A DNA stretch of 63,721 nucleotides, filler included, from Reticulomyxa filosa (taxonomy: Eukaryota; Protista; Foraminifera): the NCBI GenBank assembly GCA_000512085.1. It is 17 parts of 17 records of this genome, joined end to end, with 100 filler letters (N's around TTAATTAATTAA, not from the genome) between each part and the next. Parts side by side here need not be neighbours in the genome. Positions count along the whole stretch, not along the records: positions 36,201 to 37,753 come from ASPP01024325.1; positions 37,854 to 38,892 come from ASPP01028420.1; positions 38,993 to 52,860 come from ASPP01001538.1; 14 more parts are not named here. One strand, 5' to 3'. The position numbers and the translations under genes were made by a program. Under the pieces are notes generated by a model. The model searched no databases. It had not been told where the DNA came from and was given only the letters and a program-made list of their open reading frames with translations. Position 1 is the first letter of the stretch; each line of letters starts with the position of its first letter. Below, piece by piece: positions 36,101 to 49,500 of this stretch.

Positions 36101-38384
36101 NNNNNNNNNNNNNNNNNNNNNNNNNNNNNNNNNNNNNNNNNNNNTTAATTAATTAANNNNNNNNNNNNNNNNNNNNNNNNNNNNNNNNNNNNNNNNNNNN
36201 AGTTTGAGAGTGTCGACTTTGTTCAGTTTCCCTTTTAGTTTGCTCGGCCATGTCGTTAATGTTTAGGAAGTTTTTTTAAGTTTAATTTTTTTTAAAAAAG
36301 GGGCTGTGACCTAACCCTTTTTGAAAAACAAAATATTTTACATTGGCATTTTTTATTTGGTTAAACATAATTTGGACAATGAAAATTAAAATGCATGAAA
36401 GGTTAAATTATTTGTATCGAGAACTTTAATGAAAAAATAATATAATTGTTACGTGGCAGTCTGAAATGAAAGTATCAAAAACATGGATGTTGTACCTTTC
36501 TTTTTGAAATTAGTGATTAAGAATCTTGAAATGTTTATAGTCTTTGCCACGTTAAGACTTACAAACAAGTTCTTTTTTAGTGAAATTTAAAAAAAAAGAG
36601 AGTTCTATGAATTTTATCCTGCTTATAAATGATTGGAGTTTTTAATGATGTTTTTCACTAGTTTTTTTTGTCCTAAAACTTTTTTGTAAAGTTATGCAAC
36701 TTGTAATCTCTGTCCAATCAACATTTTACAAAAAAAATAAATGATTACGTATGTGACTCGTACCTCCATAGATCGTTTATAGGTTTTTTTATGAACCAAA
36801 CAAATCGGATTAAATTATGTTTCTTTCAACAAAGTTGTACTCCTACATTCCAATGCATTCAAGAAACATTGCATATTTGTCATTCTTTGGAGGAATATGC
36901 AAAAACAATTTGAAAACGTTAGAATAGTATTTTTAAAAAATTAAAACACATTCATTTTTTTTTCTGCATTTGGGAAAATATCAACTTTTTGACATATCAA
37001 CAAAATTACTTGTGATAATAGATCCTTAGAACAATGATTTTAAATTATAAAAATGTATACAGTTGAAGTCAGTTCAAAACTGATGTTACAAGCAAAATCT
37101 CTTTTTTAAACAAAGGAGCCAAAATTAAATTTAAAAGAATTGAGACAAATACATTCTCCTTGTAATATACATATATTCGCATGTTATTTGAAACCTAAAA
37201 TTATCTAAAAAGTTGACGATGAAGGAGCAAAAAAAAGTTAGCCAATTTTGACTCAAATCCAAATATTATAATTTAATCAAAAAGAACATTTGCAGTTGAG
37301 CACTAATACGGACGGCACGTTGGGAGTAAAGGCCCTGTTTGGGAGGTATGCTTGGTGTGCGTTTGGTATGTTTTGTGAGGGAGTGGAGCTATGCATACGT
37401 AAATGAAAGAAATAGTGTGATGATATTGGGTGATCGATTTGAAGTCGAATTGGAAGAAAAAATAAGTAAAATCAGTGGACATAATAATGAGTTATTAGTG
37501 GTGAAAGTGTAGTGCGAGAAAGATAAGTGAGTGGAGGTCGTTATTTCAATAAGGGCAATGGCGTGGTACTTGCGAAGTCGAATGAAATAATGGTGTGCCT
37601 GGTGAAAGACCTGATCGATAAATATCACAAAGAGCTGGATGGAACAGGCAAGGACAATCGCATCGGAATGGGAACACACAAACTCAAAGTATGCAAGCTA
37701 CTACAACAATATGAACAGCAAGCAAACGGGCATGAAAATAACAGAATTGAAATNNNNNNNNNNNNNNNNNNNNNNNNNNNNNNNNNNNNNNNNNNNNTTA
37801 ATTAATTAANNNNNNNNNNNNNNNNNNNNNNNNNNNNNNNNNNNNNNNNNNNNCTTAAACTTGGTGTTCAACACATCATTGATTTTTTTTATGAATGAAA
37901 ATTTGTTTAATTTTGTCACTTTGTTTTCAGGTTAGAAATTATTGAAACACAATTACTGAAATGCTAAAGATTATTTGAATTGAAAGAGTAAGACAATAAA
38001 AAAAGTTGAACTGAATGTTTTTTTCCCTTTTCCCGAAACCGTTCGTTTGGTTTTTTGGTCCGGCGTCAGTGGTGGAGAGCTTAATCCTGATATCTAGTGC
38101 CGCCTTCGTTTGAAAAAGTTAAATAGGCACATTTTCTTTTCTTTTTTGAAGATTGAAAGTTTGGAGTCTAAAACATTACTACAAATAACAATAGGCGGCG
38201 ACGAGTTATTTATTGGAGATCGCAGTTGTGGATTCGTAATCGTGTCGATCGTGTGTCGTGTCGTGTCGTGTCGTATCATATCATGTCGTTGTGATTGTGG
38301 ATGGATAATGGGATTATAAAGTTGGATTATTTTGCTGCAGATTGTGGTCTATGATGGTGGTATTGATAGTCGTTTTTGGTGGTG

Positions 38385-38724
38385 GGTTCCAGCAAATAAG
38401 GAGCCAGTCAGCCGCTAGCGCATGAATGCGCTAATTATGCGATGTATCATCGCAAAGATGCGTGCAACGGGCGCGTCGGTAGATAGCAGCAAACCAAGGT
38501 CACTGTTTGCTTGATTGCATCACCGACATTTGAGAGCTTGCAGGACTGGTATGGTAGTGTCCATCTGAGGATGGACATTAAAAATAACGTTCCTCCCCCC
38601 TCCCTTGGTGTTACAGGCCAGTGATGGTCGTGTCAACACAAGGTGAAGAGAGGACATACCATAACATGAAATGCGCCCATCCGGCTGACGACGGTCGTTT
38701 TGCGATATTACTCCGTATTCGCAA
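38385..38724 (+). ncRNA. Putative large structured RNA element, family unknown
   Basis: About ten mutually nested helices in ORF-free, GC-elevated DNA, with G-U pairs and a GUGA (GNRA) tetraloop on the plus strand; see findings. Confidence 0.55.
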
Positions 38725-39039
38725 GTTATTTTCTATTTAATCAATGTTCATTTTTTCATAATACTAAATTACTTGCGTGTTTTGTTTAAACAGATTTCGT
38801 TTGATTATGGATGGATCTGTGGAATTGATTGGTGTGGGATGTATTGACCCAGTTGCAATTTTATCCAGTTATTTATTATTGTTATTATTATTNNNNNNNN
38901 NNNNNNNNNNNNNNNNNNNNNNNNNNNNNNNNNNNNTTAATTAATTAANNNNNNNNNNNNNNNNNNNNNNNNNNNNNNNNNNNNNNNNNNNNAACAACAA
39001 ATTAAAAGATGACAAAATATTTAAAAGTTTTAAGTTAGC

Positions 39040-39500
39040 TTAAATTTGTTTTCCATTTGATACAACGAACTTTGCAAGTTCCTTGACAACTTTGATTCTT
39101 ATTTCGGGATCTAATGACTTGTCTCCAACTACCAAACTTATCATGTTCGCTGTCTTGAATTTGAAATAAGGCAACAATATATTGATTGATGCTCGCCATG
39201 TTTCTATATGTATTTCATAATGTGGGCATTCCATTAGAAAATGTTCAACAATTTCTTCTTCATCTTCACACCATTTGCATGCAGGAGACTACGCTACTTT
39301 GATCTTGTATATGAAAGAATTTAATCTAACTTTACCAGTAATGATTCTGCACAAATATCTGCCCAATCGATGCAAGATAATCTTTTCAAATAATTGAGCT
39401 TCAATCAGATTACGTAAATACTGTTTGGGACACTTGTGTGGTTCCATTTCATTTCCTTCATTTGTCCAATGACGATGTGTTGACAACAACACAAAAGAGA
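39040..39500 (-). mobile_element. Non-LTR retrotransposon (LINE) ORF2 3' end remnant with CCHC knuckle
   Basis: Same-frame ORFs read CRIITGKVRLNSFIYKIKVA*SPACKWCEDEEEIVEHFLMECPHY, the post-RT TG...LN...SP.C-x2-C-x8-H-x4-C motif of LINE ORF2, with an in-frame stop at 39289-91. Confidence 0.78.
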
Positions 39501-42500
39501 ATTATCCATCGATTTGGTGTAAAAGTAAGATTTCTTATCTTAAACTTTGTTTAAAAAAACATTGAGTTGCTTATTATCAACAAATACTGAAGTAAATGGA
39601 ACACTTGAATATCTGCAGATAATGTTCAAAAAAATTGAAAACTTTGTTTGCTTACACCTGCGTCGACTACGTGTTACATGTGTATCAAGAAATGCATCAT
39701 TGTATTATCAGCGTGGATTGTTGATGACAACAACAAACTCGAAGCTAGTTATTCTCGTTGTGACTACACACAACGAAAGCTGTTCCATTGTCAATGATCA
39801 TCTAACAATAATTACAAGTGCCCTTTCACAGTCTTCACTACTTCATTGAGTTCCTTTTATTTGCATAATCCCATTGCCTGTTTTTTTAAATGTAACTTTC
39901 ATTAGTTTATTTCGACACTTGCGATGTTTGCGGATTTGCTACAGTTAGTAAGAAGTTTTTCGTGTATGACGTCTTGGTTTTATTGCGCTCTCCTTATGTA
40001 TGATCACAACATATGTTGTCACTTGCAAATGAAAGGACACAAGTTGTTTGCAGGACACTTCGGAACACAACAAGCCATTATATTTTCTAGTTTTTTTTTT
40101 AGGTACAATCTCTGTTTCCCAACCAATTTTGAAGAAATTAAGTACACATTTTCTGTTTTTTCATTTTAACCAAAAACTTAAAAAATTTTTGCATTATTTA
40201 AAAAGCATTTATAAGATTAAAAACAAATTATTCTTAAATGTACAAAGTAATTCAGAATTTGAAGTACCAAAAACTACTCAAAATGATTGCTGATTTGTTG
40301 AGCATCATTTATCAATGTAAAAAATACGAATCAATTGACAATATTTTGATAATGGCTTTGCGTTTATATTTACATTTGCCAACACATCGATATCAATTGT
40401 GTTGACTTCAAATATCGCAATCTGGTTCAGCATTTATCCTATTTTTCAAGATTCAGTATGTTTTCATCAATTAAAGTCCACTGCAATTGAGTTAAAAAAA
40501 GGACTATGCATTACTCTTTTTTGATAATCCTTACATACTTATTATATTGACTTTCAATACAATCCAATTTGATTCCAGTACTCATTTGTTCATCCGGTCC
40601 ATTTATATATTTTTAACGAATTTCTTTGACCACATGTTTGAGTCCAAGCAGTTATCCACAACTGTCATTCTACTGTGATTTTGAAGACAATTACTTTGAA
40701 ATTTTGTCCAGTGCTGTCCTAATGAGCAATCACTCGACAACTGATGTCTATAACGTACATGAAGGTGTAAACGTATACAAACATAATAACATCTTTAAAA
40801 AAAAACAAACTACAAATTAGCGTATAAACTTTTTTAACGATTTGCTACTAGCTTCGAGTTTATTGTTGTTGTGGTGATCAACCAAATGATTTTAGTATTT
40901 AATTATATAAATTCATATAATTTGAAAAAGAAGATTATATTATATTATATAAGTATGCTAAATGTGAATAAAAGGAACGGTGAACGGAACAGTCAGCAGA
41001 AAAGATGAGATATTACACAAGACAGACAAGCCCTTGGAGTGAGGCAGTACCAAAATAACAGTGGATTGAAGTTGTCGATGGGATCATACGCGACAACATA
41101 GCGGGCAACATTTACTCAGTTGTCGCAAAAGAGTTATTTCATGCTTGATTTTTAAAAAATTGTTTATGATTACTGATTTATTGAACATTACTTATCAATG
41201 TAAAAATACAGCAAATGATGAAAATGAAAAAAAGAAATTAAATATAATCTAGTTTAATTTTTGAAATAATTACTTCTCAATACGTCTTGTAATACTCCAA
41301 TTCTTTGTCCATATTATTAGTCTGTATATTAATCTTGTAACTTTAAAACAGAATATCGAAAGAGAGAAAGTTATCAAAAAGTAATTAATTAAATATTTTT
41401 GTTATTTTAAGATTCTTCATAATTGAATCAGTTATTATTTTGAATACTATGATTTATTCAAAACTTACCTTAAATGAGCAAGTATCAATCGACAACTTTG
41501 ATGAAAAGCACATTTTTGCTGGTTCGAAATAGGCAGAATAAAAATCAATTCATTTTTAACATTTTTTTTTTAAATTACAAAGTTTTTAGTGAATTTTTTG
41601 TGATAAGCATCTTCGGACTCAATTTCTTTTGTAACCTCTGCAAAAGTTTCTATATTCGGGCTGATGTTTCAATATCCATGATTTCAAAAACCTGTTGGTT
41701 TCTTTTTTCATTTGTCAAACCATTGAACGATTGAAGCATATGTTTCTGCAGAAATAAGTGTTCTCCATTTTGACTGTATTTCTTTAAATTTAATTGCTCA
41801 GATTTCATTTGTGGCTCAATCGCATCATTTACTATTACCTCCACTGCTTGTGGTCTTAGTATATTCTAGTTCTTGTAGCTTTAGAGCGAAAACAACAACA
41901 TATTAATTTGAATTGCTTAGAAAAAAACACAACAATAATACATGTTTAACTTCAATCAATACAATGTCATCATCTTCTCACTTTCATAGATCCATTACTG
42001 CTTAATTTTTTTTCTCTCTCCATTCCCTTAAATAAAAATTAAAACAACTCACAGTGAAGTGATCCATGCTACATTGCTTTGCTGGATATATATTATAACC
42101 ACTGAAAATATGACACAAACAATATACATCCACATCTTCAAATAGAGCTTCTATCATTCTCTTTTTCTTATTTCCTTGCATTTCGTGGTTTGGATAGCAT
42201 GTCCATTATTTGAATAACGCATACCACAAGAAAAGCTTTCCGTAGAATATGCATCCACTCGTATATCTCTCTGTTGCCATTGTATAAAGGTATAATTCAT
42301 TGAAACTCTTTTATTGTGTAAACTTACCACGAGGCAATCTACTTTTGAGATTTAATTGCGATAAGTTGGGCAATTGCGCAGTTGCGTTGCATTCTGTCGA
42401 TAGACATGGACTCACATTATCTCCTTTATTCTTAGTGTAATCAGACATGAAATTGCTGCTTGCTCATAAGATAACAATTGACCTTTATTGAAAAGTTCAC

Positions 42501-43599
42501 AAAATATATGAGCTAATTCCGATCATTTGTTTACCGATGTTGCCACATGCAGTTATATTCAGTTTTCCAAAAGTGTTTTAATCCAATAATACACATATTC
42601 GACGACGACATCGACGAATTGGAATTGTGTAATAATAAGTTGGTTTGATCACATTCAATATTGATTGCTTGTGTGGCAACATTGAGCAGCTGTATTGTTG
42701 AAGATACTCAAATGTCCTCAAACAGCACTAACCGCTGACACCTTCACTGCACCGGTACGGTTTTGTGATATGTGTTGTCATATTACACAGTCGGCTGCGG
42801 TCCGAATGAATCGAATGTGATGTTAAATGGAAAATAGCAAGCTATTGTTTAGTACTTCGTTGTTCCAGATATATTTGCAATACATTGTAAGATTGTGTTC
42901 AGAGAATCCGCAAAGTACAAATGATGTCAATGTGTTGGAAGTTAATGATTTTGAACACGAATTAATCTTTGAAAGTTAGTTCTTAGCGTCAGATAAGTAA
43001 AGCATAGAGATGAAGAAATAGTACGATATATTTCCACCAATTTGAAAGGTGGACAATCATGTCCAGGAACCAAAGATCTGACGATAGATAAGTTTTTTTT
43101 CTTTTTTTTTGCGCGTGCAAACGAAAATGTTTTTATTAATTGTGTTAAAGTTAGATAAATACCCGAATGAATCAAATGCTTGTGGCGGTAACGGAAGATA
43201 GAAAAAGATGATCCAAAGAATGAAATATAACAAACTAGTAGTTTTTATTGCTTAAATCTGCGTCGATTAAATGTGTGTCAAGAAATACATCATTTTATCA
43301 TCAGCGTATATTGTTGATAACATTCTTTGCACAATTTTTTTTTCAACAAAAAAAGTTTTTGTTTATTTGAATTTTGCATCATTATTTTTTCAAAAAAATG
43401 AACAAAAACATTATGTCTTTGAATTGCATTTCATAAAAAAATCTTACTTTTCAGCTATTTTTTTTGTTTCACTTTTTTGGAATATGTATATGTTTTTTTG
43501 TATAATTATTTCAATTCGTTTGTAAATCTTTTTTTTGTAAAATAAGCAAACTGTCGGATTGAGTTCATGATATAACTGTCATCGAAAGCTTTTGCAGAA

Positions 43600-44213
43600 A
43601 TTGATTTCACTGTCATTCAATACCTTTGGGACGGCCTATCCAATGGGTCAAAATCCAACATTCACAAAAATGTCGTCCATCTTGAATCGATTTGATTTTG
43701 TTATGTGAGCAGTTCTGACCTGGATTTCCGCACCATATTCAAGCACTTTAGGGCCATGAGATGACAAAAATATCTTGATCAATTGAAGTCTCAGAAATTG
43801 ATTATACAACGAATTGGCCGAAACATCTTTTCAAAATAAAAATATCTTTTGTTTTGCTATATATGAACAACTAACCTCCAACAGGTGAATGGATCAAAAT
43901 GTCCAATCCACTAACTTTCAGACTGTTGTTTACAGCAGAAAGCGTTTTATTGTGTCCGTGGTTATCCGACCACAACTTGCTTGTTAGAGTATATCTTCTC
44001 GACTCACATTTTCGATAATTTTTTTTACAGTACGATGAATACCTTCACCCAGTCTATTTTCATTTTCATAAAATATTGCAGTGTCAACGTGTCGACATCC
44101 TGCTTGCACCATTTGACTACACGCTTGTCTTTCAAGAGAAACATCCCAAAACCTAATTGAGGAAGTGTTTGACGTGAGTTTAGTTCCACATATGAACATT
44201 TTCCTACTTTCAC
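43600..44213 (-). pseudogene. Aldo-keto reductase pseudogene
   Basis: VELNSRQTLPQLGFG then, after a frameshift, AGCRHVDTAIFYENENRLGEGI...SREDI: AKR N-terminal motifs (LGFG, G.RH.DTA..Y.NE..GE, RED); stops and frameshifts downstream. Confidence 0.8.
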
Positions 44214-44371
44214 TGCATGAGTCTTGAATCAACTGTCACCTCAAAAGTTTTACTGAAGAACAACAGTTGACAACTGCAAAAAGAGTATTTTTCCTTTTCT
44301 CTAGTGCCCTTGTAATTGTTAATTATCTGCTGGCGACATTGACGCATCAGTTGTTCAACACCGAGTAAAAC

Positions 44372-45904
44372 ATGGGTAGTTTATGTACGGCAGGTGCAGG
44401 CACGGCTGCTGACCAGAAAGTGGCCAAAGATATAGAAAAGAACTTGATTCGCGTGGAAAAGGTGGACAAAAAGGAAAACAAGTTACTGTTGTTGGGAACA
44501 GGAAGTTCTGGTAAATCGACTCTATTTAAGGGGCTACGTCTGGTAAATGGCAGTACATTTGATACGAAGGAGCAAATAGATACACGGCACGTAATCCGTT
44601 CAAATATTGTTGCTGCAATAATGACTTTATTGCAAAAATCACAAGTAATTTTTAAAAAAAATCTACATTGCGTTTTTCTTAGTAAAAAATGAACAATAAT
44701 AAACAATGAAACAGATGTTGTATGAGAAAGATCCAGAACAATTTGGAGATTGCCAAGTGAATATAAACGATCAAAATATAGTTAAGGCGATCCAAGTTGT
44801 GGTATCGTTCGCAGATGAATCTTTCAATGACGATGCTAACATGCCACCAACACGTTTGGAAGCCTTGGGCAACTCTGTTTCAAGCTTGTGGTTGCTGCCT
44901 GCGTTGCAGCAAACTTATGAGAATAGACAAAAGTATACCATTTTTAAATGAACCCTCTTTCCTTTCAAACCTCCCCCCCTTCCAAAAGACGTATACTGTT
45001 AACTGTTTTTTTTTTGCTCCCCCTTTCCTCATTCTTTTCTATCTTTTGCAAATTTTTTCCATTTAAAATAAATAAAGTCGCTTTTCATTTTTGGATAACA
45101 TGGAACACTATTTTGGCAAAGTTCAAGAGATAATGAAACTGGACTATATCCCATCAGATGAAGATGTATTGAAATCACGCATCCGCACAACGGGTGTAAT
45201 TGAAATGATATATGAAAAAGACGATAATATCTTTAAGATTTGTGATGTCGGCGGACAGCGAAGCGAACGCAAGAAATGGATTCATTCGTTTGAGCATGTT
45301 GCTGCCGTCATATTTGTCACTGCCTTGAATCATTACTCGTGTGTCTTGTTTGAAGATGAAACCAGGAACGCAATGCATGAAGCCATGGAATTATTTGATG
45401 ACATATGTAATAGCAAATGGTTTCGAAAATCGGGTAATTGTAATTTTTTATTTTTTTTTATGTATGCGCATCCCCTACACTTTGCTTGCGGTTTATTACA
45501 TGTATTTATATGCATATGGCGAAATGCAATGTATTGTTTGAACAGAGATGATATTGTTTTTGAACAAAGAAGATCTCTTTAAAGAAACACTAGGAGGAGG
45601 ACATTCACTAAGCCCGTGTTTTAGTAAAAAGGCCGGTTGGGAGGGAGACCAATGGAACTCAACATTAGATTACGTTACAAAACCCAATGTGCAGTACACA
45701 GACGATCCTGATTTTCTTCCTTGTTATCAAGCTGCTTTGGAATTTATTTTAGACCAATTTTTGAAGATTAACAAAGATCCAGAAAAAACTGTTTATCACC
45801 ACGTCACTTGTGCTACTGATTCAAATAGTGTTGAGTACGTCTTTTGGGATGTTCAAAATTTCGTTATTCGTGCCAACTTGAAACGAGGTGGCCTTATGGT
45901 CTAG
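44372..45904 (+). CDS. Heterotrimeric G protein alpha subunit, complete; exons 44372-44644, 44715-44932, 45078-45433, 45546-45904 (~401 aa)
   Basis: MGSLC lipidation site, LLLLGTGSSGKST, SRIRTTG, DVGGQRSERKKW, LFLNKED, TCATD; three GT-AG introns splice in frame. Confidence 0.97.
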
Positions 45905-46587
45905 CCTTTTTTTCCAATCTGTTAATACTAGAAACTCTTTCGGAAAAAAAAATACTAGTGTATTTTATTCTTTCAATTTTAATTACATTTTTCTGATCAA
46001 AAAAACACGCTTTACGTAACATTATACTAGCTTGAATTGCTGTTCATTCATTTTTAGGGACTATCTTGTTTCATCTTTGGAAATTTTCTGTAGGAATATC
46101 TTTTTCAATAAAATAATAATTGTTGTGTTTCAATTGATTTACTTAAAGATCTTTCTCCAATTAAATTGATTTTTTTAAAAAGAACATTATTACAATTATA
46201 TCAATTTATAAAATGAAATAACATCGACAACGGTTGCATCCTGAGAAACATATGTCAAATATGATGTGTAGGATAGCTTAGTCTACTAAGATCGTAATAA
46301 TAATGTCTTAATGGCTGTGCCACTTAACATTGACATTATCTCACTCGATGTTCTTATTCATTTTTAATATAATCGATTGAAATGTGCCAGAGTAAAAATA
46401 ATTTATGTGAGAATATATTTTTCAAGCACAGTTCGATGTATTGTTTTCCTTTTGGTTGAGATTGTAAATATTAATAAGATAACAAGAAAATATTCTGCTC
46501 CTACAGCATTTGCAAGATATATCCTGAAAGAACAACACACTTTCAACCAAAATCGTTATTATTATTAATTTTGTTTCATCTCTTGTC

Positions 46588-49500
46588 TCAAAAAAAAGGA
46601 TTCCAAGACGGAGGCATTTGGCAATAAGCTTCAGGTGAACTCAAGCTTTGGATGATTGCATGTACTTTTTGATCAATGGGCTCAGCTAAATACGCATTGG
46701 TATAACGTTCATTATTTGAATTATTGGCATTGGATTGTGATTGTTCCGCATTAACGACAGACCCGATATGATTTGGCTTGTTGATGGAATGGTCACGGAC
46801 ACTTTTGGAAATGAATTCATCGTACAGACATTTATCAAGAACTTGTGATTGTTTTGCTCTCATTTGTTGTAAGTATTGTTGGAAATAGTATTCATTTTCC
46901 AGAACTTCTCTTTGACCATAAGGAATAGCCAAGCCACCCAAACGCTGTAATATGGCTTGTACATTGTCGTGCATTTGTGGCATGACCGCTTTAGGGGTTG
47001 CCCATTGGCTGTTGTTCATGGGCAAAGGTTCTTGATAAAAAATGCTTTTTTTTTTATGGCTGAAAGCCTGATGAGCCAAGGGCGGTACTTTCAAAACCCG
47101 GTCCAATTCCGTGCGATATAAATACTCATCTCGTAAGAATAAGAGCAATAAATGCCTCAAATAACAGCGATAGTGATTCAAAGCGGTGGCCATGGACAAA
47201 AAGGATGACTCTAGCACGCCCTCCACAAAATTGGGCTCCAAGAAATGTTTCAAATTCGGAGTCAAGCGGATTGGAAATACATGAGTGGCCCAAGGAGCAT
47301 CTAAAATTTTTCCAGTGATATAATCCATAGGAACGTGGAATCCATGTGTATACAAGTTTCCCACTTTCATATTCAGTTTCAGTTTGAATGGGAAATTGTC
47401 TCCGTAATTAAACAATATATTCAGCAGATTGTGATATGCTAGCCCAATGCTGAATTGTCTTTGAAATTCGAACAGCTCAATGGAAGTGAAGAAGTTGGTC
47501 AAACTGCTTCCCATCAGCGATTTGCGAACATACTCATCCAACACTTTTGGAGATAAGCAATTCAATTGCTGGTCTTTGAACTTGGATAATTTCATTTCCA
47601 TGTTTTTCGGACCGCACTTTGTCCACTCATTGAAATAGCTAACCAAATCACTAAAAGGGTGTTGGGACTTGTGCATTGCAAATTGGCTGTAAATATCATG
47701 CAAGGAAATGACATTGTTGTGAGGCAGTTTGCGCAAGTACACACGTTCCCACGCATATGTTTCGGTGACAGGCGGCTGGATGAATCTCTTTCGCGTTTGT
47801 TGATGTCTCAAAAATATCCTATTGAATTGTCTCATCACAATTCGCAATCGATGATCCGATAGCGTATGACATTCGAACCGTTGTCGCAATGTCTGTGAAA
47901 TGTGCAATGCGACAGGCGCCATGGGATCCAACATCAACGCCGGCATTTCACGTTTGTTGGCATTTTCGAAACAATATAGCATTGGCACATCCAAACGAAA
48001 TGGATAACTGCGACGTCCAAACTCATATCCATAGATTTGTCCATCGGTCGCAAGAAAGCTAACTTTTTTCACACGTCGAAAAGAGTCCACACTGCCTTCA
48101 TTTGTCGTTTCCGGAATGACTTGGACAATGTATGGAAAGTCTTGATTCAAATCCAAGCCATACTTAATCTGGCAAAATCCAAAGTACGTATCTTCATCGG
48201 TCCAATCGCGATGGCTGCTTCCACCGGCCATGGAGTTGCTGGCGCTGTTATCCACGTCAGCGTTGGGATGGTCATACGTAGAAGTGGAGCTACTTGGAAT
48301 GGAGCCGGTATGGCTACCAGGAACAGAAGAGGGAGCGGAAGAAGAAGAAGAAGAAGAAGAAGAAGAAGAAGAAGAGGAAGAAACAGAAGTAGAAGAGACA
48401 GACGCAGAGATAGAAGTGGAAGCGCCGGAGGCGGATGTCGACGAAGGATTGTGTTGCATTTTGGTCGGCGGGTTGTCTACATATTCGACACAGCGAGCAA
48501 AGTTTTCGTGATACATATACTTGCCAGGAATGGTGACATGATGACCGGTCCTTTGGAGTGACATAATGATCTTTGGATTTTGATGGTAATTACGATTTTG
48601 TTGAGTCATGACCACACTGCCCAACATGCGACAGCTACCTTCGATATGCTTCTTCCACATAAGTAACTTTTCGGCAAAGTATTGGATAAGCTGGACGGAT
48701 TGTTGCGCATTCAAATGCTGCTGCATGTACTCCTGGGTCACATAAGGTGCAAAGTCCTTTTGGTACTGCTCGTCATAGAATTTGTTCACACGCAATCCTA
48801 ATCGATCCGAGTGCCAGCGACTATTAAGATTGAACTTGAATGACCACACGTACTTCATGTATTGGATGGTTAATAGGATATCCTCCAGTCGATCTCCGTT
48901 CAACACCAAATACAATGTCTCGTCCACCACCTCTAAGATTTCGTGCAAAAATCCCAACACGCTATTGTCGACGTGCAAGCTATCCAATAACCGAGTCAAA
49001 CTTTGCAATTCCAGTGCTCGGTTGGATATGACCGGCGTTTGGTGCACAGACTTACTCAATCGACATAACTGCTGATAGCGATCATTTTGTTCAATGTTTC
49101 GGTATTGTGGCATGATTCGGTTGATTTCACTATCAATTTGTCTCATATTTTGTTTCATCAAGTGCAATACGTCTTGGAGTGCGCTGTGTTCATTTCCATT
49201 ACTGTCATTCGCCGTCTTATTGCTCTGCGAAGCCTCATAAGCTTCCAACCATTTTTTGCATTGCTTCGACACAGAGTCCGGGTTTCTTATGTTGTAACTG
49301 AGCCAAGAATCGTAATCATGGGTTCGAGAATACAGTTCGGATAACGCCGGTTGTGTAAAAAAACTCAACAATCGTCCAATCAAATACATAACCAAATCTG
49401 ACGTTGCACCCAACGCTGAGAATAAATGGGGCACCCAATCCAAAAATGTGTGACTTGGCAGCTGTTGGACCAATCCATTGAGCGTTATGTTATCTTGTCC

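Noticed and set aside
37389-37753. Possible LINE endonuclease remnant (NKGNGVVL...KLKVC)
   Set aside because: Similarity is too weak and fragmentary to call.
38683-38700. Hammerhead ribozyme core (CTGACGA)
   Set aside because: No stem II followed by GAAA downstream, and these bases are already used in the long-range closing helix.
44490-44522. G-alpha P-loop GTGSSGKST differing from animal GAGESGKST
   Set aside because: Such variation is common outside animals; the catalytic Arg (RIRT) and Gln (GGQ) are intact.
19700-45904. RGS, G-alpha and other genes forming a G-protein gene cluster
   Set aside because: They lie on different contigs separated by artificial spacers, so co-occurrence is meaningless.
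46900-48100. Missing catalytic motifs in the PIKK kinase domain
   Set aside because: Expected: TRRAP/Tra1 is an established pseudokinase.
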